DNA from: Candidatus Limnocylindrales bacterium
GTDB lineage: Bacteria > Moduliflexota > Moduliflexia > Moduliflexales > JAUQPW01
NCBI GenBank assembly: GCA_035559535.1
Contig: DATMBG010000022.1
Location: forward strand, 124,001 to 188,000
Reading direction: 5' to 3'
DNA length: 64,000 bases
Below, one piece after another: positions 1 to 10,278 of the stretch. How positions within the stretch are numbered: position 1 is the first letter of the stretch; every line of letters begins with the position of its first letter. The translations under genes and the position numbers were made by a program. Under the pieces are notes generated by a model. The model was not told the DNA's origin and searched no databases. It saw only the letters and a list, made by a program, of their open reading frames with translations.

Positions 1-94
1 TGGTCCTTATGTAATGAGTGGCGAGTGAGGAGGAATAAGCGATGAATAAAGTGGCGAGGGGTGAATAGAAAAAGCTTTACCCATCACTCATTAC

Positions 95-1588
95 TTAGGA
101 GGTTTTACGTTTTCGTTTAACTGAAGAGGGAATATTTAGATCTTCCCGGTACTTAGCGATGGTTCTTCGGGCTATTTCAATACCATCTTTCTTTAAAAGA
201 TCCAGAATTTCCTTATCACTATAAGGATTCGCCGTATCCTCATTTAAAATAATGTTCTTTATTTTTTCTTTCACTGCAATAGAGGAAATATCATTACCGG
301 AAGTACGGCTTAGCCCACTGTGGAAAAAGAATTTAAGTTCAAAGATTCCCCTCGGCGTATGCATGTATTTATTGGTTGTCACCCGACTGACGGTGGATTC
401 GTGCATAGAAATATCTTCGGCCACATCGCGTAATACAAGGGGTTTTAAATGGCTGATTCCGTGATCCAGGAACTCGCTTTGAAATTTAATGATACTTTTA
501 CCCACTTTATAGATGGTTCGTTTACGCTGTTCAATGCTTCGAATGAGCCAGATAGCAGACCGCAGCTTTTGTTCCACATATTGTCGGGTGGATTCGGAGA
601 CCTCCGCATTGTTGTGTCGAAGGATGCTTTTATAAAGGCTATTGATTCGCAAGCGGGGAATATCTTCTTCATTCAAAACGACTTCGTATTCTGATCCCAT
701 TTTATAGACGTACAAATCGGGAATAATGTATCGGGTTTTTTCATCAGAATATTCCAACCCGGGCTTGGGATTTAGCTTTTTAAGAATTTTATGAGCCAGT
801 TTAATATCTTCGACCGTGGTATTAAATTTACTGGCCAGTTCTTGATATTTTCCTCTTACCAGAGGTTCCAGCAAGTTTTCCTGGATAATTTTTTCGATAA
901 CGGTATTTTGCAGCTTGAGGTGTTGGATCTGAATCAGAAAACACTCCCGATAGTCCCTGGCTCCGACCCCGGCCGGATCAAAATTCTGAATTTTTCTTAA
1001 AACCCTCTCCACATCTTCTACCCGACACAGGGCCTCCTGGGCAATGTCTTCCAAAGGCGTTCGTAAATATCCATCTTCTTCTATATTACCGATAATAAGC
1101 GTACCGATTCGCAGTTCTTCTTCACTGGAGGTAGTCAGTTGAAGTTGCCATATCAGATGGTCGATGAGGGAGGAGGATTTGGTCAGGATATTTTCATAAG
1201 AAGGTCCTTCGCTATCGGGATCCCACTCGGTAAATTCTCCTAACCCACTGGGATTATCTTCAAAATAATCTTCCCAATTAACCAAATCCGATGATTTTTT
1301 TTCCTCGGGTTCTGTTTCCAGGGGCTCTTCCCAGGTGGGAGGGGGACTCTCAATCTGAATAGATGACTCACCGTCTAGTTCTCGCTCGATTTCCTCGATC
1401 CCTATCTTTTCTTGATCCGGTTCATCCTCTAAAGAAACTTCCAACAAAGGATTCTCGATAACTTCTTGCTCAATCATCTCCTTCAGTTCCAATGCAGACA
1501 TTTGCAGCAGTTTAATAGCCTGCTGTAACATGGGCGTCATGACAAGACGCTGAGTCATTTTGAGATTGAGTCTGGTATCCATGATCAT
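95..1588 (-). CDS. rpoN: RNA polymerase sigma-54 factor
   Basis: Region I (MTPMLQQAIKLLQMS), HESTVSRVT helix-turn-helix and RpoN box ARRTIAKYR. Lies downstream of lptB. Start uncertain (1606/1588/1582). Confidence 0.97.
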   Translation of the reverse strand: MIMDTRLNLKMTQRLVMTPMLQQAIKLLQMSALELKEMIEQEVIENPLLEVSLEDEPDQEKIGIEEIERELDGESSIQIESPPPTWEEPLETEPEEKKSSDLVNWEDYFEDNPSGLGEFTEWDPDSEGPSYENILTKSSSLIDHLIWQLQLTTSSEEELRIGTLIIGNIEEDGYLRTPLEDIAQEALCRVEDVERVLRKIQNFDPAGVGARDYRECFLIQIQHLKLQNTVIEKIIQENLLEPLVRGKYQELASKFNTTVEDIKLAHKILKKLNPKPGLEYSDEKTRYIIPDLYVYKMGSEYEVVLNEEDIPRLRINSLYKSILRHNNAEVSESTRQYVEQKLRSAIWLIRSIEQRKRTIYKVGKSIIKFQSEFLDHGISHLKPLVLRDVAEDISMHESTVSRVTTNKYMHTPRGIFELKFFFHSGLSRTSGNDISSIAVKEKIKNIILNEDTANPYSDKEILDLLKKDGIEIARRTIAKYREDLNIPSSVKRKRKTS

Positions 1589-1672
1589 AGTACTAAACCA
1601 CTCCAACTTCCATATTCAAAGCTCAAGGTAAAGAATCTTTTACCTTGGGCCTCAAATGATGAAATCTCAAAA

Positions 1673-2401
1673 CTACAATACAAAATCCTCTCCCAAATAA
1701 AGTTCTTTGGCCTTTTTATTAAAAGCCAGTTCTAAAGGAGTTCCTGAAAAACGTATTTCCCCATCAGTGAGAATATAAGCCCGGTCTGTAGTCTTCAAAG
1801 TCTCACGGACATTATGGTCGGTAATTAAAACCCCGATTCCCCGATAAGCTAGTTGGGCGATGATATCTTGGATATCTGCTACCGCCTTGGGATCAATGCC
1901 GGCAAAAGGCTCATCTAACAGAATAAAAGAGGGAGAGGTAACCAACGCTCTGGTAATCTCAACCCGTCGCCGCTCCCCGCCGGAGAGCGTATACGCTTTG
2001 TTATATCGAACCCTTGCAATATCGAGTTCGTTTAACAAAACGTCCAGCCGTTCTTTACGCTCGGTAGCTGTAAGATTGAGGGTTTCCAAAATGGCTAAAA
2101 TGTTTTCTTCAACGGTTAATTTCCGAAACACAGAAGCTTCCTGGGGTAAATAACCTAATCCCTTGCGTGCCCGCATATACATGGGATACTCGGTAATATC
2201 TTCCTCCCCTAAGTACACCCGTCCCTCTTCAGGTCGTATGAGCCCGATGAGCATATAAAAGGTAGTCGTTTTACCCGCCCCATTAGGTCCCAACAGTCCA
2301 ACGACTTCCCCTTGCCGAACGCTCAAACTGACTCCATTTACCACCTTCCGGCCTTTGTAACTTTTCTGAAGATTCTCCGCACGTAACTCAATCACAACCA
2401 A
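1673..2401 (-). CDS. lptB: LPS export ABC transporter ATP-binding protein
   Basis: Walker [54 protein letters not shown]. Sits between lptA and rpoN. Confidence 0.96.
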   Translation of the reverse strand: MVVIELRAENLQKSYKGRKVVNGVSLSVRQGEVVGLLGPNGAGKTTTFYMLIGLIRPEEGRVYLGEEDITEYPMYMRARKGLGYLPQEASVFRKLTVEENILAILETLNLTATERKERLDVLLNELDIARVRYNKAYTLSGGERRRVEITRALVTSPSFILLDEPFAGIDPKAVADIQDIIAQLAYRGIGVLITDHNVRETLKTTDRAYILTDGEIRFSGTPLELAFNKKAKELYLGEDFVL

Positions 2402-2404
2402 CTA

Positions 2405-2521
2405 GGGAAGTAAGGGTATGGGAGTATGGGGGTAGGAGAGTAGGGAAGTAAGAGGGAAAGAGAAGATATGTTTATCACATTTCCACACTCCAATACTCCC
2501 ACACATCCGTACTCCCATACC
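2405..2521. repeat. Degenerate GGGAGTAT-type octamer array followed by its reverse-complement array (imperfect hairpin)
   Basis: gggaagtaagggtatgggagtatgggggtagg... followed by ...ttccacactccaatactcccacacatccgtactcccatac. Confidence 0.75.
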
Positions 2522-2536
2522 TTCTACTTTTCTACT

Positions 2537-3739
2537 CTACGGCTTCCGTCCCCCAGGATAAAGGGTTGCCTTAATGGGGGACTCTACCTCAGTTTTTTCG
2601 CTTTTTTTTTCCTCCGATTTAGCTTTGTTATCAGCTCCTACATTTTGATCTCCTGGGAGAACCGTTTTAACACGACTTTTCTTAGCAGCCGTGGTGGTGG
2701 TAGCCGGACCACCCTTCGCAACATATTTATCCACGGCCAGAAAAGCTTCTATAATCGGGGCTTCTAAGGTATTTTTCTTGACCTTGTCTTCTGCACGGGC
2801 TTTGTTTCCGTCTAAACCCTCCAGAACGGCTCGTTGGGTATCATCATAGTACGTACCGCGATCCCCGGTAAAGAGCATATTATCCTTTGTAATGTGAACA
2901 TTATCAAACACTTCTATTTTCAAAAGCTCATCCTTTTCGGCCTGCGCATAGGCAATCATTTTCTCAGCCTTTAACTCGGTTGTTGCCTTCACGGCCACTA
3001 CATTTCCAATGTAAGTTGCGGTACGGTTTACATTATCTAAAATAACCTTATCAGCTGTAATCACAATGGGAACATCTCCCTTAAAACTTTCCTTCAAAGA
3101 ACTCGGTTTGGAACCTGAAGTTTTCTCAACCTTCCCGGATGTAAATCCCTTGTTTGGCTCACCATCTGAAGTTTTCTCAGCCGATTTAGATTCGGATTCT
3201 TTCTTCGGATGAAGCGTCATAACCACACGTTCAGGTCTGTTATCCGCAAAAGCTTCCACCACATCTTTATCCAGATAAGCAATCAAACGGTTACCGGTTA
3301 GCGTATTATCCACCTGCCAGGCCTTGGCATTTCCCTCCACCTCCAGCTTTTGCTCCGCATCATAATAAGTACATGTGTTTCCCGTTGCCGTGATGGTCTC
3401 CCGAACTAGCCGACAATCTCCAACGGCCACAGCCTTCTCTAGTTTTTCCTGGTCGTTGGCATAAACGATGAGTTTATCGGTAAAAATATTGGTCTGATCC
3501 TGACTGACAACCACATTACCGGTATAAATGGCAATCTTTTTGGTATTATCAATTTCAAGCTCATCTGCCGTAATTTCGGTAGGCCCACGACTTTTTTTCA
3601 TCTTGTCTTGTAATTTTTCATCTTTTTTCTCGGTTTTGGTGGGCTCTTGAGATTGGTCTTGAGATTGAACGGATGGTGATAGGACTAAACAGGCTCCCAG
3701 CATCACGAATCCTATAAACCATCTCTCCAGCTTTTTCAT
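2537..3739 (-). CDS. lptA: LptA/OstA-family periplasmic LPS transport protein with two tandem OstA domains
   Basis: Signal peptide. Two repeats: PTEITADELEIDNTKKIAIYTGNVVV and PIVITADKVILDNVNRTATYIGNVVA. Located between lptC and lptB. Confidence 0.85.
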   Translation of the reverse strand: MKKLERWFIGFVMLGACLVLSPSVQSQDQSQEPTKTEKKDEKLQDKMKKSRGPTEITADELEIDNTKKIAIYTGNVVVSQDQTNIFTDKLIVYANDQEKLEKAVAVGDCRLVRETITATGNTCTYYDAEQKLEVEGNAKAWQVDNTLTGNRLIAYLDKDVVEAFADNRPERVVMTLHPKKESESKSAEKTSDGEPNKGFTSGKVEKTSGSKPSSLKESFKGDVPIVITADKVILDNVNRTATYIGNVVAVKATTELKAEKMIAYAQAEKDELLKIEVFDNVHITKDNMLFTGDRGTYYDDTQRAVLEGLDGNKARAEDKVKKNTLEAPIIEAFLAVDKYVAKGGPATTTTAAKKSRVKTVLPGDQNVGADNKAKSEEKKSEKTEVESPIKATLYPGGRKP

Positions 3740-3763
3740 AACTCCCCCCTTTAAGGTTCTGAA

Positions 3764-4417
3764 TTAATCTGCCTTAAATAAAGGCAGTTGATCGGTTATC
3801 TCCACAAAACGCCCATCCCCGGTTGACCCATGCGTATTAAAACTCGAGCTATTTTCATCCTGGGATAAAATGATCGTTTTGACATTACGGCCAAATTTAA
3901 AGGTCTTGACATCTACTTTAGCCTCAAAGGCTTCTCCGGTTGTAATCGTGCGTCCCTTTTCAAGGGTTACCGGATCTTTAGAAGAAATAAGTCCCGTGGT
4001 GGTATCATAGACCAACTGATGGGCCTGTAATTTAACCCCGTCTTCATTTACAGCGACCACATTTCCGGTAATCGTAACGGTTTTGGTGATATCCGATTTT
4101 AATCCTTCCTTCCCCGTAAGGCTTAAGGCCTTACCCTGGTCATCAAAGAATCGTGCATGGACATCACTCAGTCGGGTTTCCTTTTGATCATTGAAAATTT
4201 CTGCAGTCTTGGCGGTCAGGCTCCATAAAAGCTGGTTTCCCGAGGACTCCGTCAACTCTACATCGTTAATAACCACATCTGCATGGGTATCCAACGAGTT
4301 ATTTTTAACCGGCGGCACGGGAACCCTCTGATATGAGAAAACATAGAAACTACTGATGGCTATTATAGCCAGTAAGATAAATAAAAATAATCCTCTTAAT
4401 ACCTTAAACTTGATCAT
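3764..4417 (-). CDS. lptC: LPS export periplasmic protein LptC
   Basis: Single N-terminal TM helix, WSLTAKTAE, beta-jellyroll-like repeats (ITGNVVA), synteny with lptA-lptB. Confidence 0.85.
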   Translation of the reverse strand: MIKFKVLRGLFLFILLAIIAISSFYVFSYQRVPVPPVKNNSLDTHADVVINDVELTESSGNQLLWSLTAKTAEIFNDQKETRLSDVHARFFDDQGKALSLTGKEGLKSDITKTVTITGNVVAVNEDGVKLQAHQLVYDTTTGLISSKDPVTLEKGRTITTGEAFEAKVDVKTFKFGRNVKTIILSQDENSSSFNTHGSTGDGRFVEITDQLPLFKAD

Positions 4418-4892
4418 GATGGAAATAAGGGAGCAAAGTCCTATAGGTAGATTTGATATGCTCTGGGATGACCCGTACCTCCGCGATTACGGTCATATAG
4501 TTGGTGTCTCCTCCCCATCGGGGAACGATATGAACGTGGATATGATCTTTGACTCCAGCCCCCGCAACGGCTCCTATGTTGATCCCCATATTAAACCCTT
4601 CCGGGTGAAAAGCTTTCCTGAGAATGGTTTCACACCGTTGTACCTCCGAGAAAACATCCAAGATTTCCTCTTGAGTCAAATCGGCAAGATAAGGCACATG
4701 CCGATAAGGAATGATCATCAAATGCCCGTTATTATAAGGATAAAGATTCATCATGATAAACGAATGCTTACCTCGATACAATACGTAATGGACCTCATCT
4801 TCTTTTTCTGCCAACGCAGTGCAAAATAGACAACCCTTTTTTTTATCAGATAAAATATACTCGATTCTCCAAGGTGCCCAGAGGGTTTCCAC
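4404..4892 (-). CDS. HIT domain protein (Ap4A phosphorylase/FHIT-like)
   Basis: LWAPWR N-terminus, CLFC, NLYPYNNGHLM, HIHVHIVPRW triad. Confidence 0.92.
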   Translation of the reverse strand: METLWAPWRIEYILSDKKKGCLFCTALAEKEDEVHYVLYRGKHSFIMMNLYPYNNGHLMIIPYRHVPYLADLTQEEILDVFSEVQRCETILRKAFHPEGFNMGINIGAVAGAGVKDHIHVHIVPRWGGDTNYMTVIAEVRVIPEHIKSTYRTLLPYFHHDQV

Positions 4893-5153
4893 AAAGTCTA
4901 AACTGATAGTTCACAGGAGGTAGGATCTAAAAAATTTTCTACTCCTTACTCCTTATGACCCAGTATTACCAATTCTTAGGCATATGTTATGCATACGCAA
5001 CTTTAGTTTTATTAGATTTTTTTTCTTTGTCAAGTTCTTATATTGGAAATTTTTTACTTCTCCAATTGATAGGCTCTCCCGCCTCTAGAAACGATCTTAC
5101 CAGGGAACTTTATCCACTTCTTATCTCCTTACTGGATAACTCCAAAAATCGCC

Positions 5154-6353
5154 CTATGCCCACTCTAAAGCCTGGCGTAAATCTTCCAGGATATCTTCCA
5201 GATCTTCAATTCCTACTGATAATCGGATAAGTCCTTCGGTAATACCTAATTTCTCTCGCTCCTCCTTAGGCATCCGGCGATGAGAAGTGGCTGCAGGAAT
5301 AGTGACCAGCCCCTCAACCCCTCCCAAACTACCGGCTAAGTGAAAGAGTTTTAAGTGGCGTACAACCTTTTCTGCTTCTGCACCCCCGGACACCTCAAAA
5401 CTGAGCATTCCCCCAAATCCTCGCATCTGCTTCCTGGCGATTTCATGTTGGGGATGATCTTCGAGTCCCGGGTAAAAAACTTTTCGTACCTTAGGATGGT
5501 TTTGAAGAAATCGAGCAACCTGTAAGCCATTGTGATTATGACGTTCCATTCTGGCTCCTAAGGTTTTAATCCCTCGATTCAATAACCAGGCGGTATGAGG
5601 ATCCGGAATTCCACCGTATACATATCGGATATACTGAATTCGGCTCATCAGTTCCTGGCTTCCTATCACAACACCGGCCAAAATATCGCTATGACCTCCT
5701 AAATACTTCGAACCACTATGAATTTCAATATCCACTCCCAGGTTTAACGGCTTCTGATTAAAAGGTGAAGCAAACGTATTATCGATGACGGTAAGGATCT
5801 TATGCTTCTTTCCAATCTCAACGATTTTTTCGATATCCAACACCTTCAACATGGGATTCGTAGGGGTTTCAAAGTAAATGATTCGGGTGGAAGGGCGAAG
5901 GGCTGTTTCCAAGGCCCTTAAATCCCCGGTTTCAATAAAAGTAGTCTCTACCTGAAATCGGGGAAGCTCATTTTTAAGAAAGTTAAAGCTTCCTCCATAA
6001 ATATCTTGAAAAGCTACAATATGATCTCCGGAACTGACCAAAGCCAGGAAGGTAGAAGTAATGGCGGCCATTCCAGAAGCAAAAACTAAAGCCCTTTCTC
6101 CTTGGGCAAGGGTCGCAATTTTAGCTTCGACGGCCTGGAAGGTAGGATTGCTGGCACGGGTATAGAAAAAGCCCTTTTTCTTACCGCTAATGACCTCTTT
6201 GAAGGTCTCCATATCCGGTTGAGCATACATCACCGTGGGATAAATAGGGAGACCAATGGATCCGGTTGCCGGGTCTGGAGGGTCTCCGGCAGATACTGCC
6301 TGAGTATGAAATCCTTTCATCCGATTCATCTGATCCTGCCGCTCCTGTTCCAT
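5154..6353 (-). CDS. Cys/Met metabolism PLP enzyme (cystathionine gamma-synthase / methionine gamma-lyase family)
   Basis: YTRASNPT, FASGMAAI, ETPTNP, DNTFASP, HSGSKYLGGHSD (PLP Lys), IRLSVGIED. ATG at 6353 follows an AAGGAG RBS. Confidence 0.93.
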   Translation of the reverse strand: MEQERQDQMNRMKGFHTQAVSAGDPPDPATGSIGLPIYPTVMYAQPDMETFKEVISGKKKGFFYTRASNPTFQAVEAKIATLAQGERALVFASGMAAITSTFLALVSSGDHIVAFQDIYGGSFNFLKNELPRFQVETTFIETGDLRALETALRPSTRIIYFETPTNPMLKVLDIEKIVEIGKKHKILTVIDNTFASPFNQKPLNLGVDIEIHSGSKYLGGHSDILAGVVIGSQELMSRIQYIRYVYGGIPDPHTAWLLNRGIKTLGARMERHNHNGLQVARFLQNHPKVRKVFYPGLEDHPQHEIARKQMRGFGGMLSFEVSGGAEAEKVVRHLKLFHLAGSLGGVEGLVTIPAATSHRRMPKEEREKLGITEGLIRLSVGIEDLEDILEDLRQALEWA

Positions 6354-6452
6354 ATTTCTACGCTCCTTCAATCTTGAACAATTTCCCGTAAATCCTCTTG
6401 ATTCTGTTTTTATAATACAGTACAGTATCCTTACTTCGATTTCAAGGAACTT

Positions 6453-6593
6453 TATCAATTTAGTAGATGGAAAAAGAAACACTCCCCATCCCCCCTCCAG
6501 GGGGGACTGACATGGGGTTGCTGCTGCTGAATCCCCCCTGGAGGGGGGATGGGGAGTGTTCAGACAGAAAAAGGGACACCTACTAAATTGTTA
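6453..6593. mobile_element. MITE-like element with TA-bounded terminal inverted repeats enclosing a perfect 29-bp GC-rich inverted repeat
   Basis: Outer IR tatcaatttagtagatg / cacctactaaattgtta (15/17 match). Inner IR 6478-6506 vs 6532-6560 is perfect. The same end motif recurs at 19645-19662 and, degenerate, at 8171-8188. Confidence 0.65.
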
Positions 6594-6705
6594 TAGTGAC
6601 ATAAGACTTCGTTTTCCTTGACAAACCAGCCTTTATGGGTTATCAACCTGAATAGTTTGACCCGAGAACAAAGCTTTTACTTTAACTGAAAAGGAGATTT
6701 TATTT

Positions 6706-8115
6706 ATGACTTCAAAACCATCCGGAACTCTTCTTGCTTCCTTACAATCTGTAGATGCCGAAAGAATTCGGGAGATCAGTCGAAAGCATCTTTGGCAACC
6801 CCTCCTCCAACATAGCCTGTTAGAAACCCAAAAACCCCTGATTATCACAGAAGGAAAGGGCTGCTATTTGATAGATTCCGAGGGTCATGAATATTTAGAT
6901 GCCTTCTCTGGGCTCTGGGCCGTTAACATAGGGTACGGTCGGCAGGAGATAGCCGATGCGGTTTATCGACAGATGAACCAGCTTAATTACTATCCACTCA
7001 GCCAGCTCAACGTTCCGGCAGCGCTTTTAGCCGAAAAGCTTGCTTCGATCCTTCCTGGAGATCTGGAGCGAATTTTCTTCGTTAATAGTGGATCGGAAGC
7101 GGTGGAAACGGCCCTCAAAATCGCCCGGCAATACGGACGGCAGAAATATCCTGGGGAAAATCGCTATAAAATCATCTCGCGATATCGAAGTTACCACGGA
7201 TTCACCATGGGTGCCCTCTCCGCCACAGGACAGAAAATGCGGAAGAGAAAATTTGAGCCCCTGGTTCCCGGTTTTCTCCATGCCCATCCTCCCTACTGTT
7301 ACCGTTGTCCCCTTAACCTCAAGTACCCGGAATGCAATATTCAATGTGCTGAGGAGATTGGAAATATCATTCAACACGAAGGGAAAGAATCCGTTGCAGC
7401 GGTTATTGCAGAACCGATTATCGGAGGAGGTGGCGTGATTGTTCCCCCACCCGAATACTTTCCCAAACTCAGGAAGATCTGTGATGATCATGGAGTATTG
7501 CTGATTGCCGATGAGGTGATTACCGGATTTGGGCGAACGGGTACCCTTTTTGCTTCAGAAGCCTTTAATATTAGACCGGATATGATCACTCTGGCCAAGG
7601 GAATTAGCAGTGCTTATCTGCCTTTAGCAGCCTGTGCCACAACTCCCCAAGTGTTCGATGCATTTCTGGGGAGTCCAGGAGCCGAACTGGAGTTCGGTCA
7701 GGTCAGTACCTTTGGGGGCCACCCGGTAGCCTGTGCAGCCGGTCTGGCCAATTTAGATATCCTCCTTCGAGAACGACTCTGGGAGAATTCTGCAGAAGTA
7801 GGCTCGTATCTTCTAAAGGGATTGGAACAGCTCAAGGAATTTCCCATTGTAGGTGATGTACGCGGCAAGGGGCTCCTGGCCGGAATCGAGATTGTGATAG
7901 ATGAAAACAAAACCCCCGCAGACGATAAAACTATCGGGACGATCTTGAAAGAAGCCCGGGAGGAAGGGGTTATCGTAGGCCGTATGGCCATGGCAGTTAC
8001 AGATTACAATAATGTCGTGGCCCTTTCTCCTCCCTTATCCCTCAAAAAAGAGGAGGCCGACCGAATTGTGAACGCGTTACAAAAATCCATCGGGAAAGTA
8101 GCAAGAAGTTTGTGA
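6706..8115 (+). CDS. Class III PLP aminotransferase (omega-amino acid/taurine/polyamine type)
   Basis: YLDAFSGLW, NSGSEAVETA, SYHGFT, AEPIIGGGG, IADEVITGFGRTG, TLAKG. Confidence 0.93.
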   Translation: MTSKPSGTLLASLQSVDAERIREISRKHLWQPLLQHSLLETQKPLIITEGKGCYLIDSEGHEYLDAFSGLWAVNIGYGRQEIADAVYRQMNQLNYYPLSQLNVPAALLAEKLASILPGDLERIFFVNSGSEAVETALKIARQYGRQKYPGENRYKIISRYRSYHGFTMGALSATGQKMRKRKFEPLVPGFLHAHPPYCYRCPLNLKYPECNIQCAEEIGNIIQHEGKESVAAVIAEPIIGGGGVIVPPPEYFPKLRKICDDHGVLLIADEVITGFGRTGTLFASEAFNIRPDMITLAKGISSAYLPLAACATTPQVFDAFLGSPGAELEFGQVSTFGGHPVACAAGLANLDILLRERLWENSAEVGSYLLKGLEQLKEFPIVGDVRGKGLLAGIEIVIDENKTPADDKTIGTILKEAREEGVIVGRMAMAVTDYNNVVALSPPLSLKKEEADRIVNALQKSIGKVARSL

Positions 8116-8498
8116 GGATTTTAATCTATTACCCACCAGCCTGGAAAGTGGTAAGGGAGAGGGGTATCTGTATCCATTTAGCAGGTGGAAGGAAAAAAGT
8201 GACCTTTCCTAAACAGTCATGACCCGTTGGATCGTCGCAAGGTATGAAAATCGTAGGGCGTTTTCGTAAGACAATTATATGGGAGTGCGGGCGGGGACGC
8301 TTGCCATATCCCTAAGTTCTGTGCCAAACGTATCCAGTTTAAAACTCCCGAAGATGTGGCGGAGAGCTTTGAGGATTGTTAGAATTTTACAGTTATTAAC
8401 AGACCGCTCCTCCAGGGTTTAAACCCTTAACTTAACCCCTTACCCTGTAAGGGTAGCCCAGGAGCCAGAAGGTAGGTGTATCATTAAAAAGGAGATAT

Positions 8499-8768
8499 AT
8501 GGAGTTTAAAACCAGTGACCTGAAAATGTTAAGCCAGAGATTAGAAGAATTGGCCAGTAATGGGAATAGAACGGCCATTCGGATACAAAAGACCTTACAT
8601 AGAACCATTGAGGAAGTCAGGGAAGTATGGCACGAATTAGATGATTTACCCTTGTCTGAATGGAACGAAGAGGCCAGGGAACTTTTTGAAGTAGTCGATA
8701 GCCTTCTAAAGGTTCTTTGTATCTTCTCGGTAGATGAAGGGAATATCTCTTTATCGCAATCCTGCTAA
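8499..8768 (+). CDS. Hypothetical small helical protein
   Basis: Strong AAGGAG RBS before the ATG. 89 aa, acidic and helical. No family recognised. Confidence 0.65.
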   Translation: MEFKTSDLKMLSQRLEELASNGNRTAIRIQKTLHRTIEEVREVWHELDDLPLSEWNEEARELFEVVDSLLKVLCIFSVDEGNISLSQSC

Positions 8769-8881
8769 AGGTAACCATCGGATCGAGCTCTTCTATTCTT
8801 TGGGATGGATGTCTTCTTTTGTGAGCGGGGTTGTCAGTTTACAGGGTTTACCGTTCACATAGGAAGAACGAAGAAAGATCC

Positions 8882-9322
8882 ATGAGTGATTGGATAGATC
8901 GATTAGAGAGAATTGATCCGAAACTCGTCCTGCATATTCGGGTTGACGAACTTACCATTACGGAGATTAACGAATTGCTGGATTTGTGGGAAGAACACTC
9001 CAATGACGAGTTCACCGAGGCCATTAAGGAGATGCTTTTTCACCGGGAAGGTTTTATAGGGAAAACTCTTTTGAAGGATTTGAAACAAAAGCTCCAGGTA
9101 AAGGAGGTAGATTCCCCGGACCGGAAGAAGATTCAGATTTTTGGGGAGGAGCATGTCATTACCCGGCACGGTAATTTTTTCTTACTGGACGGGAAATATC
9201 CCTTTGTTCATTATAGGCGCATAAACCGCGGCTTTTGGGTAGATCCCGACAGTGGTTATATCCTTTACCGTTTTGGAAGGTGGATGGTAAAGGATAACTG
9301 GCCGGTGTGTTTAAACGAATAG
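8882..9322 (+). CDS. Hypothetical protein
   Basis: ORF with protein-like composition. Likely start MSDWIDR at 8882 (ORF open from 8831). No family recognised. Confidence 0.6.
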   Translation: MSDWIDRLERIDPKLVLHIRVDELTITEINELLDLWEEHSNDEFTEAIKEMLFHREGFIGKTLLKDLKQKLQVKEVDSPDRKKIQIFGEEHVITRHGNFFLLDGKYPFVHYRRINRGFWVDPDSGYILYRFGRWMVKDNWPVCLNE

Positions 9323-9345
9323 AGATAAGACTTTGGATCAATTCC

Positions 9346-10236
9346 TCAATAAGGTTCGTCTCCGATTACCGTACAGCGTCGCATGACCCGGCGCTCCCGG
9401 GTCGTATCATAGGCTGTTGCCCGGTGTAACAGACAGCGATTATCCCAAACGAGAACCTGTCTGGGCTCCCATTTATGGCAATAGATGAGATGATCAGGCG
9501 TGGCAAGCCGATTGACTTCTTCAATGAGGGCCCGACCTTCCTCGTAGTCCATACCCTGAATAGATTCTGCATGGTCTCCCAAAAAAATACATTTACGCTT
9601 CGTCTCCGGGTGGGTACGAATAATGGGATGGTCTACGGGGGGGACCTGGGCCTTTTGTTCCTCGGTTAACCGATCTTCCCCATGGCGACGGGTACGCGAG
9701 AAGTCCAAATTATGGATGGCCCGAAGTCCGCTGAGTCGTTCCTTCATTTCCTCACTTAATTCTTCATAAGCTCTGTACATGTCGCAAAAATAGGTTTCTC
9801 CACCCCTGGAGGGTACGATTTCTGCGTACATAATCGTGGCATGGCCAGTGCGGCGTCGCCAGGACCCGTCGGTATGCCAGTACAGGGTACCCTTGTCCGG
9901 GTGTTTCCCATTGGGATTGCCGGCCTCGTCCAGGTTGGAAAGAAAATAGATCTCGGGATAGTCCTTGTAACCATGATATTGATCCATCACATGGACCTGC
10001 ACTTCACCAAAATTCCGGGCAAACTGAACCTGCAACGCCGGAAGCAGGTCTACATCCCGGAACAAGATAACCTGGTAGGTGAGAAAGGCCTCGTAGATGG
10101 CAGGGAATATCTCTTCCCTGACCCCTTCGCTGAGAGTAATCCCGACGATTTCAGCTCCAAGGACTGGAGATAAAGGTCTGACTTCAAACGGCCAGTTATA
10201 AGATCGGTTCGCTTTATGAAAAGCTTGAAGGTTCAT
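9346..10236 (-). CDS. TauD/TfdA-family Fe(II)/2-oxoglutarate dioxygenase
   Basis: WHTDGS (HxD), GGETYFCDMYRAY, HPIIRTHPET, VWDNRCLLHRA. Confidence 0.94.
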   Translation of the reverse strand: MNLQAFHKANRSYNWPFEVRPLSPVLGAEIVGITLSEGVREEIFPAIYEAFLTYQVILFRDVDLLPALQVQFARNFGEVQVHVMDQYHGYKDYPEIYFLSNLDEAGNPNGKHPDKGTLYWHTDGSWRRRTGHATIMYAEIVPSRGGETYFCDMYRAYEELSEEMKERLSGLRAIHNLDFSRTRRHGEDRLTEEQKAQVPPVDHPIIRTHPETKRKCIFLGDHAESIQGMDYEEGRALIEEVNRLATPDHLIYCHKWEPRQVLVWDNRCLLHRATAYDTTRERRVMRRCTVIGDEPY

Positions 10237-10278
10237 TATTTCCTCCTCTTCTATTTATTCTATTCCTTTATCAGGAGC

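Noticed and set aside
6354-6482. N-terminal extension of the Cys/Met lyase, or an upstream SAM riboswitch
   Set aside because: The extension starts inside a repeat element, a good RBS precedes 6353, and no SAM-I consensus is visible.
8312-8328. Second sigma-54 promoter (TTGGCAC on the minus strand)
   Set aside because: The -12 GC is missing (TTAGG) and no gene lies downstream in that orientation.
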